From contig CAYUVA010000036.1 in NCBI GenBank assembly GCA_964448115.1, positions 1 through 49,493 of the forward strand: 49,493 nt of DNA. The letters are read 5' to 3'. This DNA is from an uncultured bacterium. Lineage in GTDB: Bacteria; CAYUVA01. Of this stretch, positions 31,667 to 42,813 are shown one piece after another. Position 1 is the stretch's first letter. Each line of letters opens with the position of its first letter. The position numbers were made by a program, and so were the translations under genes. Under the pieces are notes generated by a model. That model did no database searches and was not told the DNA's origin. It was given only the letters and a program-made list of their open reading frames with translations.

Positions 31667-32125
31667 TCAGATCTTTAGGAGCTTTTTCTCGAAGTTCGCT
31701 ACCTTTGGTGGTTTCTTTCCCTTGCCTGGGATCAATTCATGACCCTCTTGCTTGAGCTTTTTCGCTTGTGAGGAAGCTCCCCCAGGGTACTTTTCATTGA
31801 GGGATCCGTCTCCCTTAATAGTACGCCAGTAGGGAGTAATATCTTTGGTACCCTCGGCGTTTTTTTCCTCTGCAGCTTCGGCAGCGATGCGCAGAAAGAT
31901 CCCTGTGCATAGTGGGCAGGTATTGTCTGCTCCAAAACGAGCTGCTAGGTTACCTCGTATCTGATTAACAGTGATCAGCTCGCCGGGTCGAGGTTTTCGC
32001 ATAAGCTCATCCACATCCAACGGAGTAGGTATGAGCAAGGTCTTACCGGGATTTCTTTTATCTTCGACAACCTTTCGTTCCTGCTTTTTATGGAGCTTAT
32101 CACTCCATGGTGTGCGAGTTTTCAT
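31667..32125 (-). CDS. MGMT/Ogt-like DNA-binding domain protein (non-canonical PYWR motif)
   Basis: GELIT..QIR..LA...CPLCTGIF...PYWR...G.LN.KYPGG...Q...L..EG. Confidence 0.8.
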   Translation of the reverse strand: MKTRTPWSDKLHKKQERKVVEDKRNPGKTLLIPTPLDVDELMRKPRPGELITVNQIRGNLAARFGADNTCPLCTGIFLRIAAEAAEEKNAEGTKDITPYWRTIKGDGSLNEKYPGGASSQAKKLKQEGHELIPGKGKKPPKVANFEKKLLKI

Positions 32126-32154
32126 TAGAACTCCGAATAGTGAAAGTTGTTAAC

Positions 32155-32604
32155 TCAGGGAACCAGCATGATGGCAGCAACTATGCAGAATACCATGGCA
32201 AACAAGGCAAAGCCCTCGATGATACCCGGAGCTGCTGCGCACTTGCCGAACAGGCTCGGATTCTTGGCGGTTGCTTTTATGCCGGTAGCACAAGCCTTGC
32301 CTTGTATTACTGCATCTATCATGATTGCCGTCCCACCGATCAGCCCCAGGGCGAAAGTGGTTATGCCGCCATGAACCTTGGTGATCAGTATGAACATCAG
32401 CACGATCCCATAGATGGACTGCGATGAGGGGAATGCAGAAAGCGCTACCAGCTTGCCATGGGCACTCGGGTCGGTTCTCTCGTTCTCCATTGCCCCGTGC
32501 GAGGCTCTGCCGGCGATTCCGCAGCCCAAGGCACTGCCGATAGCTGATAATCCGACCGCGAAGGCTGGTCCCAGGTATCCTAAAAAATTGAAGAATTCTT
32601 CCAT
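32155..32604 (-). CDS. atpK: V/A-type ATP synthase subunit K (proteolipid)
   Basis: Four TM helices; PSSQSIYG, IQG, IIEGF. Confidence 0.93.
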   Translation of the reverse strand: MEEFFNFLGYLGPAFAVGLSAIGSALGCGIAGRASHGAMENERTDPSAHGKLVALSAFPSSQSIYGIVLMFILITKVHGGITTFALGLIGGTAIMIDAVIQGKACATGIKATAKNPSLFGKCAAAPGIIEGFALFAMVFCIVAAIMLVP

Positions 32605-32634
32605 ATTCTTATACTCCTTGATTTCTTTAAGGCA

Positions 32635-34419
32635 TTACTTTTGATCCGCCTGGATAATAGAGGCTTTACGGAAGGGGTTGTAAATTCTTCCTCCCCCCTC
32701 GAAGCCCCAGTGATAGCTCTCTATGAAGTTCAAACGCAATCCGTGTATAACTCCGCCCATTATGCAAAGCACGACATTTATCGTATGTCCGAACACGAGG
32801 ATCAGCGGACAGGATATCGCAGATAGCCATAGTGGCGCTGCATCGTAGATCATACCAGCAAGCATATTGAAGGTTTTCGCCATATATACACCTGCCATTG
32901 CCAGCGCGAACAGCCGCAGATACGATAATATATCAGAAAATAGCTGGATTGCTCCCTGTAAGGCTGAGATGCTTTTCAACAATCTTGTTAGAAAACCGCC
33001 TGGTTGCTCGATGCCACTAACTACCATCACAAAAGCCATACCGAGCGCTAAGCCGATAAAACCGTACTCATTAAGCTCAATGGTGAACATCATCCCCCCT
33101 GCCAGGACCATTATCCACCCCAAGGGAGCGACTTTTCTTTCCGATAGGGCGGTCTTGATATTCATCCAGGCGATATTTACCGCCCCCGCCCATAAGGAGA
33201 CCATCATCGCGAAGCGCAGGTATTTGAATTCCTCGTAGCTCGGAATCGCCAACGGGGCTATCTTGTAGATGATCGAGTCGCTCGGTGGCGTCCAGCCGAA
33301 GTAGGTGGCGGTAAGGATGCCGTAGATCATCGTCGATAGAGATAACACTGTGCATAGAAGCAGGAACCTCTGCGCTCCTTGACTGGCATCCTTATGTTTA
33401 TGTTTCAGATATAATGACAATAACAATAACAAGAATCCATAACCGCCATCGGCAATGATCATGCCGAAGAATACGGTAAAGAACCAAAAGACGGTGGAAC
33501 TTGTATCGAAGTCTTGATAATTCGGTGTATCGTAGATGTCGATCAGCGATTTTCCTATCTTGCCCACCGTTTTATTATGCTTTATCAGCGTCGGCGGATT
33601 GTCTTTGGGGCTTGGATCTTTTGCCAGCAGCGCTAGTCCATTCTCATTGCAGAAGGATTCCAGTCTTGGAAGCTCATCAGCCGGGATCCAACCGGTTACG
33701 CTGAATACCTCACCATGCGTGGTCAGGGCGATGATCGCCTTCTTATAGGCAAGGATATCCTCGTGATATACGATAGCTTTTTCAATCTCCGGCAGCAGCG
33801 AGGACATATTGTCCAGCTCCTCCTCGAACATCTCCTGGACTTTTACAAGAGTCGCCTCCTCTGCCCTAAGCTCATGGAGGCTCTGTTCGGGGAGCTTGAT
33901 ATCGTTGAAGGGGAGTTCTACATCGGAGGTAGCAGCCACCGCGAAGATGACATTGCTACCCGTGCGCCGGATAGTGAATATTTCTACCTGGGTAGGGAAC
34001 TCGTATTCATCAAAGGCTTTCTGATGAGCAGAATATATTTTTATAAAAATTCCCCCGTCTTGCAGCTTTTTTATAGGTTCAATATCAAAGTCCCCTAGAG
34101 GCTGCAAGCGTGTTATCTCCTTGCGCAGTTTCTCTAATGATTCTCGCACATCCTCCCTTTTTCGCTGAATACGATCGAACCTCTCTATGAGCTTATGGTG
34201 CTCCAGGCTAGGGTATGATTTACGCGGTTTCCTGCCGGATAAAGCTTTGTACATCTCCTTAAGCGCTCTGATATGTTCAGGGGTGGTGCCGAACAAGCTA
34301 TCCTCGTACGGTTGATCGCTCACCAGGTGCACGACGGCAAGCTCCTGTAGCCGCTCCAATAGCTGGTTTCGATGAGAATTCAAGCCAACCAGGTGTACCT
34401 TTTTCATTTTACTGATCAT
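32635..34419 (-). CDS. atpI: V/A-type ATP synthase subunit I
   Basis: PPTL, FFGMIIADGGYG, DILSYLRLFAL, HGLRLNFIE. Confidence 0.95.
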   Translation of the reverse strand: MISKMKKVHLVGLNSHRNQLLERLQELAVVHLVSDQPYEDSLFGTTPEHIRALKEMYKALSGRKPRKSYPSLEHHKLIERFDRIQRKREDVRESLEKLRKEITRLQPLGDFDIEPIKKLQDGGIFIKIYSAHQKAFDEYEFPTQVEIFTIRRTGSNVIFAVAATSDVELPFNDIKLPEQSLHELRAEEATLVKVQEMFEEELDNMSSLLPEIEKAIVYHEDILAYKKAIIALTTHGEVFSVTGWIPADELPRLESFCNENGLALLAKDPSPKDNPPTLIKHNKTVGKIGKSLIDIYDTPNYQDFDTSSTVFWFFTVFFGMIIADGGYGFLLLLLSLYLKHKHKDASQGAQRFLLLCTVLSLSTMIYGILTATYFGWTPPSDSIIYKIAPLAIPSYEEFKYLRFAMMVSLWAGAVNIAWMNIKTALSERKVAPLGWIMVLAGGMMFTIELNEYGFIGLALGMAFVMVVSGIEQPGGFLTRLLKSISALQGAIQLFSDILSYLRLFALAMAGVYMAKTFNMLAGMIYDAAPLWLSAISCPLILVFGHTINVVLCIMGGVIHGLRLNFIESYHWGFEGGGRIYNPFRKASIIQADQK

Positions 34420-34427
34420 GATGAGAT

Positions 34428-35054
34428 TCAGGTAACGGTGCTTGGTTGTCGTTTTGCGATTATCTTTCGTTTAGCGATCTTTGCCCTGGCGACCTGGTTT
34501 CTCTCCTGGTCGCCGAGGTATATCTTGATGATTCGTATATTTTCCTCGCAGCGTGGAATCATAACCTTCTCGAACAGGTTGACCCTTTGGGTCGTTTTTC
34601 TAAGCTCCTTTTGCAGCATTTCCAGGGCTTCTCTCGTAACCTGTTCTTCGGCGGTTAGTCGCATGAGCCGGCGCAGTTCTTCGATTGCCGATTCGAGCCA
34701 TACTGGAGTGGCTATAAGGGAATATTCTTCCTCTACAAAAGAGACATCATGTAGCACAGGGATGCGGACGCCGGCGATATTGACCTTATCCCGAACGATT
34801 TCCTTGAGGCTGATTAGTCGCCTCCATCTCTTAGGGCTATACTCAGAGAGTAAAAGGCTCCATTTATAGGCTTGATCCTTAAACCTTTCCAAGCGTCGTT
34901 TCAGCTCGGCGAGCTGTGCCTGCTTGGTTCGCACCTCGACCTGGAGTTGCTGCTTTTTTAATTGTAGCGTAGGCAGAAATCGCTGGAATTTCTTCAGCTC
35001 CCTTTGCTGCTTTTGAAGCTCGTTTTTGGTCAGCCTTATCTTCTTGTCTGCCAT
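34428..35054 (-). CDS. atpD: V/A-type ATP synthase subunit D
   Basis: LPTLQLKKQQL, NIAGVRIP, KTTQRVNLFEKV. Confidence 0.95.
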   Translation of the reverse strand: MADKKIRLTKNELQKQQRELKKFQRFLPTLQLKKQQLQVEVRTKQAQLAELKRRLERFKDQAYKWSLLLSEYSPKRWRRLISLKEIVRDKVNIAGVRIPVLHDVSFVEEEYSLIATPVWLESAIEELRRLMRLTAEEQVTREALEMLQKELRKTTQRVNLFEKVMIPRCEENIRIIKIYLGDQERNQVARAKIAKRKIIAKRQPSTVT

Positions 35055-35062
35055 CTGAGGCT

Positions 35063-36400
35063 TCAGCCTCCCTGTCGTGTTTCTACTTCCTCTGTTTGTG
35101 TATCATCTTCCCTAGGCTTCTCTTTCCAGTACTTGTTGACCAGTCGCGGATTTATGCCTGTCTCGCGCCTCTCGAAGCAATCAAAGAGAATCTCCCAGCA
35201 GGCGTCAAGCGCTCTTTCGAGCGGCATATCGACCTCGAGGTTCATGATACGCTCCTCGAATAACCTGCCGAACTTAAGATATTTTTTATCGATCTCGCTC
35301 ATCTCGAAGCCCATGGATTGTGCCTCCAGCGTATCCCTGTACTTGGCGTAAAGCTGGATCATGCCATCCATTATGGATCGGTGATCGTCCCTTGTTTTTT
35401 CGTTGACCAGTTGCTTAAGGCGCGAAAGGGATCCGAATGGCTCGATCCTGCCGTTGCGTAAATAGAACTGTCCCTCGGTTATGTAGCCGGTATTATCCGG
35501 CACCGGGTGAGTTACATCATCGCCGGGCATGGTTGTTACGGCAAGGATTGTGATACTGCCGCTGCCTTCGATATCGACCGCCTTTTCATAGCGAGCAGCT
35601 AGCTGACTGTACAGGTCCCCCGGATAGCCACGGTTGGATGGCACCTGCTCCATTGTAATGGCGATCTCTTTCAGGGCATCGCACCAATTGGTCATGTCTG
35701 TCAAAAGCACCAGCACATCCTTACCCGAGACAGCGAACTTCTCGGCAACTGCAAGCGCTATGTCCGGAGTAAGAAGGCACTCCACGGTAGGGTCATCAGC
35801 GGTGTGGATATACATGATGGATCTGCTCAAGGCGCCGCTTTTTTCCAATGTGTCCCTGAAGAATAGGTACTCATCATAGGTCAATCCCATGCCGCCCAGG
35901 ATGATGATATCACTCTTAGCTTGCATGGCAACCCGCGCCAAGAGCTGATTGTANNNNNNNNNNCTGAAAATAGGAAGCTTCTGCGAGACCACCAGGCTGT
36001 TGAAGACATCGATCATCGGGATGCCAGTATGTACCATCCTTCTTGGAATGATCCGCTTAGCCGGATTGAACGAAGGTCCGGCTATCTCTATATTCTCTCC
36101 CGGCGGACTTGGTTTGCCGTCTCTTGGCTCTCCACCGCCGGTAAAGATGCGTCCCAGCAGGTTCTCGCTAAAGGGGATCTCCATCCTTCGACCTAGGAAC
36201 TCCACCTCGTCGTTGGTGCTTATCCCCTTGGTGCCATTGAAGACCTGGAGCGAGACCCGGTCTCCATCGAGCCTGATGACCTGAGCCAGTGATGGATTTT
36301 GTCCTCGAATCAAAGCCAGTTCATTGTAGGAAATACCCTTGGCGCGTACAGTAATTACATTTCCAGCGATATTATCTATCCTGTTATATTTCTTTCTCAT
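35063..36400 (-). CDS. atpB: V/A-type ATP synthase subunit B (contains a 10-N assembly gap)
   Basis: ATG 36400 overlaps the subunit A stop (ATGA); [31 protein letters not shown]. Confidence 0.95.
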   Translation of the reverse strand: MRKKYNRIDNIAGNVITVRAKGISYNELALIRGQNPSLAQVIRLDGDRVSLQVFNGTKGISTNDEVEFLGRRMEIPFSENLLGRIFTGGGEPRDGKPSPPGENIEIAGPSFNPAKRIIPRRMVHTGIPMIDVFNSLVVSQKLPIFXXXXYNQLLARVAMQAKSDIIILGGMGLTYDEYLFFRDTLEKSGALSRSIMYIHTADDPTVECLLTPDIALAVAEKFAVSGKDVLVLLTDMTNWCDALKEIAITMEQVPSNRGYPGDLYSQLAARYEKAVDIEGSGSITILAVTTMPGDDVTHPVPDNTGYITEGQFYLRNGRIEPFGSLSRLKQLVNEKTRDDHRSIMDGMIQLYAKYRDTLEAQSMGFEMSEIDKKYLKFGRLFEERIMNLEVDMPLERALDACWEILFDCFERRETGINPRLVNKYWKEKPREDDTQTEEVETRQGG

Positions 36401-38124
36401 TTTGCCAATGAACCTATCATGTTGATAATCTTTTCCTTGATTTGCTTGAAGTCGTCGGATTCGAAAGGCGTATAGTTCCATTCCAGAAAGAGTTCCTGGA
36501 AGCTCATTAGTTTGTCGAAAGCCTGGTCTTTATCCTCAAAATCGAACTTTGCATCCAGGAATCTCAAGATGACATCATAGACCTGAACCTGCCGTTGTTT
36601 GGGGCAGGAGGCATCTACATCGTGAAAGGCGTTCTGCTGCAGATAAACTCTATCGAGTATCTCGGACTTGAGGTAGAGAATGTATTCATCTGTGCTTATT
36701 CCTTCGCGCCCGATCACGGTCATCATCTGCGCCACCTCGTTGCCTTTTCTAAGGATCATCTTTCCCTTATCGACCTTTTGCTCATCAATGATCCCTTTTG
36801 ATTTGCTCCAGCTATCCAGCGGGTCGATAGCCGGGTATCTCCTGGCGTCGGAGCGAGCCCTGGACAGCCCGTGAAAGGCTTTTACCACCTTCAGCGTCCC
36901 TTGTGTAACCGGCTCGTTGAAGTTTCCGCCAGCCGGGCTTACCGTTCCACCGATGGTCAGTGAGCCTATTGAGCCGTCAACATTTATCACCCTTCCGGCT
37001 CTTTCATAGAACTCTGCTATGCGGGACTCCAGGTATGCGGGGAAAGCCTCCTCGCCGGGGATCTCTTCCAGCCTGCCGCTCATCTCCCTGAGCGCCTGCG
37101 CCCAGCGTGAGGTTGAATCAGCTAAAAGAAGCACATCCAAGCCCATGGCTCGATAATACTCGCCGATGGATGCCGCGGTATAGACCGATGCGTCCCTTGC
37201 CGCCACCGGCATCGAGCTTGTATTGCATATAATGATCGTGCGCTCCATGAGCGATTTCCCTGTGCGCGGATCCTCCAGCACAGGGAACTCGCGCAGGGTC
37301 TCCACCACCTCGCCGGCTCGTTCTCCGCAGGCGGCGATGATAACTATATCGATGTCTGCGTGTCGGCTGGTGATCTGCTGCAGAACGGTCTTGCCAGCGC
37401 CGAAGGGACCCGGTATGCAGTAGGTTCCACCCTTTACTATGGGAAAAAAGGTATCGATTATCCGCTGGGTTGTGATCAGGTTCTCGGTTGGCGCCAGCCT
37501 TTCCTTGTAAACCTTGTTGGAGATCTTTACCGGCCAGTGCTGCATCATGGTTAACTCTTTCTGGTTGCCGGAGCCATCAATTATCCTGGCGATGACCTCC
37601 TCTACAGTGTACTCGCCCTGGTTTGCAATCCATTCGAGCTTGTATTGTCCCTTGAGCAGAAAAGGAGCCTTGATCTTATGGGTAAAATAGTTCTCCTTGG
37701 TGGCTCCCAGTGTGCTACCGGCTTGTATGATTTCTCCTGCCTTGGCTGTGGGGGTGAACTTCCACTTGGCGCTTTTATCCAAGCCGGGCATATAAAGCCC
37801 TCGTTTCAGGAAATATCCTGCCTTTTCAGCAAGTTCGGGCAGGGGATTCTGAAGTCCATCATATATCATGGATAAAAGTCCAGGACCAAGCTCAACCGAT
37901 AGCAGCTCGTCGGTGAACTCGACAGCATCACCGACTCGCAGCCCCCTGGTATCCTCGAAGACCTGTAGGTCGGCGATATCCCCCTGTACTCGTATGACCT
38001 CGGACTTTAGTCTTGTCCCTCCGATGATCGCATAAGCAACCTCGTTCTGTCGCACATTGCCGGTAAATTTTACCGAGATCATGTTTCCGTTTATCGCAAC
38101 GATGTAGTTGTGGTTATTCCCCAC
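36397..38124 (-). CDS. atpA: V/A-type ATP synthase subunit A
   Basis: GTG 38124 has a [41 protein letters not shown]. Confidence 0.96.
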   Translation of the reverse strand: MGNNHNYIVAINGNMISVKFTGNVRQNEVAYAIIGGTRLKSEVIRVQGDIADLQVFEDTRGLRVGDAVEFTDELLSVELGPGLLSMIYDGLQNPLPELAEKAGYFLKRGLYMPGLDKSAKWKFTPTAKAGEIIQAGSTLGATKENYFTHKIKAPFLLKGQYKLEWIANQGEYTVEEVIARIIDGSGNQKELTMMQHWPVKISNKVYKERLAPTENLITTQRIIDTFFPIVKGGTYCIPGPFGAGKTVLQQITSRHADIDIVIIAACGERAGEVVETLREFPVLEDPRTGKSLMERTIIICNTSSMPVAARDASVYTAASIGEYYRAMGLDVLLLADSTSRWAQALREMSGRLEEIPGEEAFPAYLESRIAEFYERAGRVINVDGSIGSLTIGGTVSPAGGNFNEPVTQGTLKVVKAFHGLSRARSDARRYPAIDPLDSWSKSKGIIDEQKVDKGKMILRKGNEVAQMMTVIGREGISTDEYILYLKSEILDRVYLQQNAFHDVDASCPKQRQVQVYDVILRFLDAKFDFEDKDQAFDKLMSFQELFLEWNYTPFESDDFKQIKEKIINMIGSLAK

Positions 38125-38890
38125 CGTATCCTCCCACGATTGCCTGTAGGTATTGTTGTCCTTTATCCGCATCCAGCGCTCTTGAGGTTTCATTTATCAT
38201 AAGCTGCAATACATAAGCATCGATGTGATTTATATCGAAATGAGAATGCTGGGCAAGCCTTTGTAGCATCTCGAATTTTCTGCTATCTATCTCCAATGCG
38301 AGATCTAGCAATCGATAATTCTCGAAGATCCCCTTAATCTCGTAAGCCCACTGGTAATACAATCCTATGCCGAAATCGTGTTGTTTCCTGTGTTTGTATA
38401 TCGTATTTATCAGCTCATCGTCGTATTGGGTAAGGTGTTCGAGATCCCTATCCAGGCTCTGATTGCGCATCATGGCGCAGGCAACCCGAAAAGCAAGCTC
38501 GTTTTCTGCCCATAAAGATATCGTCCTGCCGTTGAAGCGCATCCCCTCAAGCAGGTACTTTATCCAAAGCTGTTCCATTATCGCAGGTATCTCGGTATCC
38601 TTTTGTTTGGATAGCTCCAGCCAATGTGGGGGTAGCATCTCTGGTGCATTTTCACTGTTAAATGCCCATTGCGGTATATTACCAGTAGAGAAATGTGGCT
38701 CGATCCCATAAAGATAATTCTCGAAGTTCTTAAGATCCAATTGTCGCCGGATATACTCGAGGTGTCTAACATCATCGCCGACCAGGTTCTCCTCGATATG
38801 TTCAATCAGGTATGCAGCATCATAAGACTTATGCTCCCTGAATGCTATTGGGGGGAGCGATGTAACTAGATAATAATACTGGATGAGCAT
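38114..38890 (-). CDS. DUF2764 family protein (V-type ATPase subunit C-like)
   Basis: YYYLVTSLP N-terminus; sits between subunits E and A. Confidence 0.8.
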   Translation of the reverse strand: MLIQYYYLVTSLPPIAFREHKSYDAAYLIEHIEENLVGDDVRHLEYIRRQLDLKNFENYLYGIEPHFSTGNIPQWAFNSENAPEMLPPHWLELSKQKDTEIPAIMEQLWIKYLLEGMRFNGRTISLWAENELAFRVACAMMRNQSLDRDLEHLTQYDDELINTIYKHRKQHDFGIGLYYQWAYEIKGIFENYRLLDLALEIDSRKFEMLQRLAQHSHFDINHIDAYVLQLMINETSRALDADKGQQYLQAIVGGYGGE

Positions 38891-38893
38891 TGG

Positions 38894-39505
38894 CTATTCT
38901 TGGTTGAAGATCTTTTGCTCTATCTGCTTTCCGTACATGGTGGAGAATAGTTCCAATAGCGCCTGGTCGGTAAAGTCGTAGTAATAATTGCTACCCTTGA
39001 AGCTGATCTTGAAGCCGCTTGCGATATTGGGATCAGGCTTGATTTCCAGGGATCCTGCTATGGCATCATGAGCCTCTGCTATAAGCTGATCCTTGAGCTT
39101 CTCGTAGTCTTCCTCGCCCAGATAAGCCTGAAAGGTCTTGTTTTGGGTTTCTTCATCGAGGCAGCTTATTACTTTAAGCACTGCCTGCTTGATGAATTCG
39201 GGATCCCTGGTGAGTGAAAGGATCGCTGAGTCTATGCTTTTTCGCAGGATCGACTGTATGGTTGAGTTCTTAAGCGCGATCAAGGTGTCCCTGACCGCCT
39301 GCTCTAGCTTGACCTGGTGTGCTTGATACTGTTTTTCAAGCTCTTGTTGACTCTGGTTTTTAATCCTTTGAGCTTCTTGCTTTGCTTCCTCGATTATTTT
39401 ATCGGCGGTCTCTTGTGCTTCCTTGAGAATCTGTTGAGCCTTCTGTTCCGCCTGCCGAACCCGTTCGTTAAGCTGCTCTACTATCTTCTTTAAGTCCTGT
39501 TCCAT
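38894..39505 (-). CDS. atpE: V/A-type ATP synthase subunit E
   Basis: N-terminal coiled coil (A...A..II.EA..EA); C-terminal GFKI...YYYDFTD; first gene of the operon. Confidence 0.88.
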   Translation of the reverse strand: MEQDLKKIVEQLNERVRQAEQKAQQILKEAQETADKIIEEAKQEAQRIKNQSQQELEKQYQAHQVKLEQAVRDTLIALKNSTIQSILRKSIDSAILSLTRDPEFIKQAVLKVISCLDEETQNKTFQAYLGEEDYEKLKDQLIAEAHDAIAGSLEIKPDPNIASGFKISFKGSNYYYDFTDQALLELFSTMYGKQIEQKIFNQE

Positions 39506-39667
39506 CTTACTAGCCTAAGCTCCTGGCTCAAAAGTTCTTTCAATTATAGCAAGCTTAACTTTATAACATTTAATTTTTTCTCCGGCAAATTTTTATTTAT
39601 CGTTCCAAGATGCATTGACGCTGAGGGTGTGAGGTGTTAATCTCTAGGTATCCTTATTCAACATGCG

Positions 39668-40618
39668 ATGCTAAAGCTATTAGATTTCATAGAGTCCTCG
39701 ACGGGAATTACACCCGACCTCCAGATCAAGCTTTTCAACTCGTTGGGTATCATAATATTGCTTTGGCTGTTGAAGGTTCTAGCGGTCAAGCTGGTCTGGC
39801 GTCGCACCGATGATGTTCATACCCGTTACTTTTGGCGCAAAAGCATCACATATATAGTAGTTATCCTCGGAATTATACTTGTAGGACGCGAATGGATAAG
39901 CGGTCTGAGAAACATGGGAACCTTTCTGGGGTTGCTGTCCGCTGGAATCGCCATTGCCCTTCGAGATCCGGTGGCAGATATCGCTGGATGGCTTTTTATA
40001 ATAGCTAGACGACCCTTTACCATCGGAGATCGCGTCCAGATCGGCGAACATTCCGGAGATGTAATCGATATCCGAGTATTCCAGTTCACCTTGATGGAGA
40101 TCGGTAACTGGGTCGATGCGGACCAGAGCACGGGAAGGGTCATCCATATACCAAACCTACGGATCTTCACCCACACACTGTCAAACTACAGCAAGGGATT
40201 CCAGTATATCTGGAACGAGATCCCAGTGCTAATTACCTTCGAGAGCAATTGGCGCAAAGCGAAGGAGATCCTGACCGATATCGCAAATGGGCACGCAGCC
40301 GATATTAGCAAGCTAGCCGAGGAAAAGGTTAAGGAGGCGAGCCGTAAGTTCCTTATCTTTTACTCAAAGTTGACTCCGATAGTCTATACAGCCGTGAAAG
40401 ATAGCGGAGTGATGCTTACCATACGCTATCTTTGTGAGCCTAGAACGAGGCGGGGAACCTCAGGGTCGATATGGGAAGCTATACTTGATGAATTCGCCAA
40501 GCACGACGACATCGACTTTGCCTATCCGACAACCCGCATGTACCTGAATCCGATAGAGGGGAAGCCGGGTACTGTCAAACATAATCCTGACAATGGTAAT
40601 GACCAAGAGGGCTTATGA
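39668..40618 (+). CDS. Mechanosensitive ion channel, MscS family
   Basis: AGIAIALRD, RPFTIGDRVQIG, GDVIDI, IPN, FAYPT. Confidence 0.93.
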   Translation: MLKLLDFIESSTGITPDLQIKLFNSLGIIILLWLLKVLAVKLVWRRTDDVHTRYFWRKSITYIVVILGIILVGREWISGLRNMGTFLGLLSAGIAIALRDPVADIAGWLFIIARRPFTIGDRVQIGEHSGDVIDIRVFQFTLMEIGNWVDADQSTGRVIHIPNLRIFTHTLSNYSKGFQYIWNEIPVLITFESNWRKAKEILTDIANGHAADISKLAEEKVKEASRKFLIFYSKLTPIVYTAVKDSGVMLTIRYLCEPRTRRGTSGSIWEAILDEFAKHDDIDFAYPTTRMYLNPIEGKPGTVKHNPDNGNDQEGL

Positions 40619-40621
40619 TAG

Positions 40622-40849
40622 ATGTCCAGCTTCGATCTTACATCCATAGGAAGGATTCTGATCCTTGTAGGACTTCTGATTGCGGCATTGGGAGCTATTA
40701 TATTTTTCCTGCCGGATATCCCCTATCTGGGGAAGCTGCCCGGAGATATACGAATCAAACGGGATAACTTCACCATCTATATCCCAATCACTACCTGTAT
40801 TTTGCTAAGCATCCTTATGACCATAATAATATCGTTGTTTAACCGCTAA
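40622..40849 (+). CDS. DUF2905 family small membrane protein
   Basis: LGKLPGDIRIKRDNFTIYIPITTCILLS signature. Confidence 0.9.
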   Translation: MSSFDLTSIGRILILVGLLIAALGAIIFFLPDIPYLGKLPGDIRIKRDNFTIYIPITTCILLSILMTIIISLFNR

Positions 40850-40868
40850 GAATATTTGTTGGCTGACC

Positions 40869-40896
40869 TTGACCAAGGCAACCTCGCCATTATAAT
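40869..40896 (+). promoter_or_regulatory. Putative sigma70 promoter of glnS
   Basis: TTGACC-N16-TATAAT. Confidence 0.55.
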
Positions 40897-40945
40897 ACCC
40901 GTTGTTCTTCGTTATCTTAGCATCACTTCATAACCGGGGACAAAA

Positions 40946-42658
40946 ATGAAAAACGATGATAATGAGAGTGCTTCCCCTCGGGGCAACTTCATAAGGGATA
41001 TAATTGATGAGGATCTACGCAAGGGCACCTACGGTTCAAGGGTAGCCACACGCTTTCCACCCGAGCCGAATGGGTATTTGCACATAGGGCACGCCAAGGC
41101 GATCGTGCTGAACTTTGAGATTGCCAAGGACTATGGTGGAACCTGTAATCTTCGCTTCGACGATACCAATCCGTTGACCGAACAGGCGGAGTTCGTGGAA
41201 TCGATCAAGGAAGACATCCGCTGGCTCGGCTACGACTGGGAGGATCGCCTCTACTTCGCATCTGACTACTTCGAGCAGCTTTACCAGTGGGCGGTACAAC
41301 TTATCAAAGAAGGCAAGGCTTATGTGGATAACCTAAGCGACGAGCAAATCAAGGAATACAGGGGCAACTATTACACCCCCGGCAAGGAAAGCCCGCAGCG
41401 GAATCGCTCGGTCGAGGAGAACCTGTCTCTCTTCCGAAGGATGCGGGAGGGGGAGTTTGCCGATGGTCAGTATGTGCTTCGCGCCAAGATTGACATGAAC
41501 GCCTCGAATATGAATATGCGAGATCCGCTGATGTACAGAATAAAACATGCCTCGCACCATAGAACCGGCAACAAATGGTGCATCTATCCCATGTACGACT
41601 GGGCGCATGGACAGTCCGACGCCATCGAGAGGATCACTCATTCCTTGTGTACCCTTGAATTCCAGGATCACAGGCCCTTATACGACTGGTTCGTTCAGGC
41701 ATTACACATTCCTTCCCCTCCCAAGCAGATCGAATTCGCCCGCCTAAACCTGACCTATACCGTGCTATCGAAGCGCTTCTTGAGTGAGCTGGTAAACAGG
41801 GGATATGTCGAGGGCTGGGATGACCCTAGAATGCCTACTATTTGCGGTTTGCGCCGTCGTGGATATCCACCTGGGGCAATAAGGAACTTCTGCCGTAAGA
41901 TCGGCATATCAAAGGTGGAACGGAACATCGATATAGAACTGCTCGAGGAGGAGGTGCGCCAGTACCTAAACGAGACCGCAAAGAGGTACATGGCGGTATT
42001 GAAGCCACTCAAAGTAGTAATAGAAAACTTCCCCGCCGATAAGGATAGTATAGAACTCGATGCACCATATCTTCCCGAGGATTTCAGCATGGGGGGCAGG
42101 AAAATATACCTGACCAGGGAGATCTTTGTGGAACAGGATGACTTCAGGGATCCTCCCCCCAAGAGGTGGCGAAGATTGGCGCCGGGCAGGGAGGTGCGAC
42201 TTAGATACGGATGCCTGATCACCTGCAAGGATGTGATAAAAGACCCGCGCACCGGTCAGGTCATCGAGCTTCGCTGCGTGATGGATCCTGATTCCATTGG
42301 CGGCGTCTCGCCTGATGGGCGAAAGGTCAGGGGGACGCTGCATTGGGTTTCGGCAGACCATAGTTTCAATGCACAGGTCAGGCTCTACGAAAGGCTCTTC
42401 AAGACGCCCAACCCGATGGATCTAAAGGAAGGAGAAACCATCTTCGATAAGCTGAATCCAGGATCGCTCGAGATACTCGATGATTGCCGCCTGGAGCCAG
42501 CGCTGGCTGATGTCGAGCCGGGAGATATGATGCAGTTCGAGAGAATTGGATATTTCTGTGTGGACACTAAGCACTCCAAGCCGGGAAAGCCGGTGTTCAA
42601 CCGCTCGGTAACCTTGCGGGATACCTGGGCAAAGATAGAGAAAAAGCTCAATAGTTGA
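40946..42658 (+). CDS. glnS: Glutamine--tRNA ligase
   Basis: TRFPPEPNGYLHIGHAK, LRFDDTNP, THSLCTLEF, LSKR, WDDPRMPT, QFERIGYF. Confidence 0.97.
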   Translation: MKNDDNESASPRGNFIRDIIDEDLRKGTYGSRVATRFPPEPNGYLHIGHAKAIVLNFEIAKDYGGTCNLRFDDTNPLTEQAEFVESIKEDIRWLGYDWEDRLYFASDYFEQLYQWAVQLIKEGKAYVDNLSDEQIKEYRGNYYTPGKESPQRNRSVEENLSLFRRMREGEFADGQYVLRAKIDMNASNMNMRDPLMYRIKHASHHRTGNKWCIYPMYDWAHGQSDAIERITHSLCTLEFQDHRPLYDWFVQALHIPSPPKQIEFARLNLTYTVLSKRFLSELVNRGYVEGWDDPRMPTICGLRRRGYPPGAIRNFCRKIGISKVERNIDIELLEEEVRQYLNETAKRYMAVLKPLKVVIENFPADKDSIELDAPYLPEDFSMGGRKIYLTREIFVEQDDFRDPPPKRWRRLAPGREVRLRYGCLITCKDVIKDPRTGQVIELRCVMDPDSIGGVSPDGRKVRGTLHWVSADHSFNAQVRLYERLFKTPNPMDLKEGETIFDKLNPGSLEILDDCRLEPALADVEPGDMMQFERIGYFCVDTKHSKPGKPVFNRSVTLRDTWAKIEKKLNS

Positions 42659-42813
42659 TGCACAAGGTATCATGGCTCAATCGAGCTGTCTGAAAATGTC
42701 CTCCAGCCTGTTATTCTCAAAGCGAAGAACAGGTTTATTAACATAATTTCGGTGAGATGTTCAGTTATCTTTTTAACCTTTACTACATTATCTGCTTAAT
42801 TCTTAAAAATTTA

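Noticed and set aside
35954-35963. Run of 10 N inside V-ATPase subunit B
   Set aside because: Assembly gap. The flanks (KLPIF...YNQLLAR) are normal subunit B sequence, so there is no evidence for an intein or insertion.
42730-42770. TTATGTTAATA (XerD-arm-like) and TAAC...GTTA (attC-like) motifs on the minus strand next to the small-gene islet
   Set aside because: There is no matching XerC arm, the span is too short for an attC site, and no integrase is present in the window.
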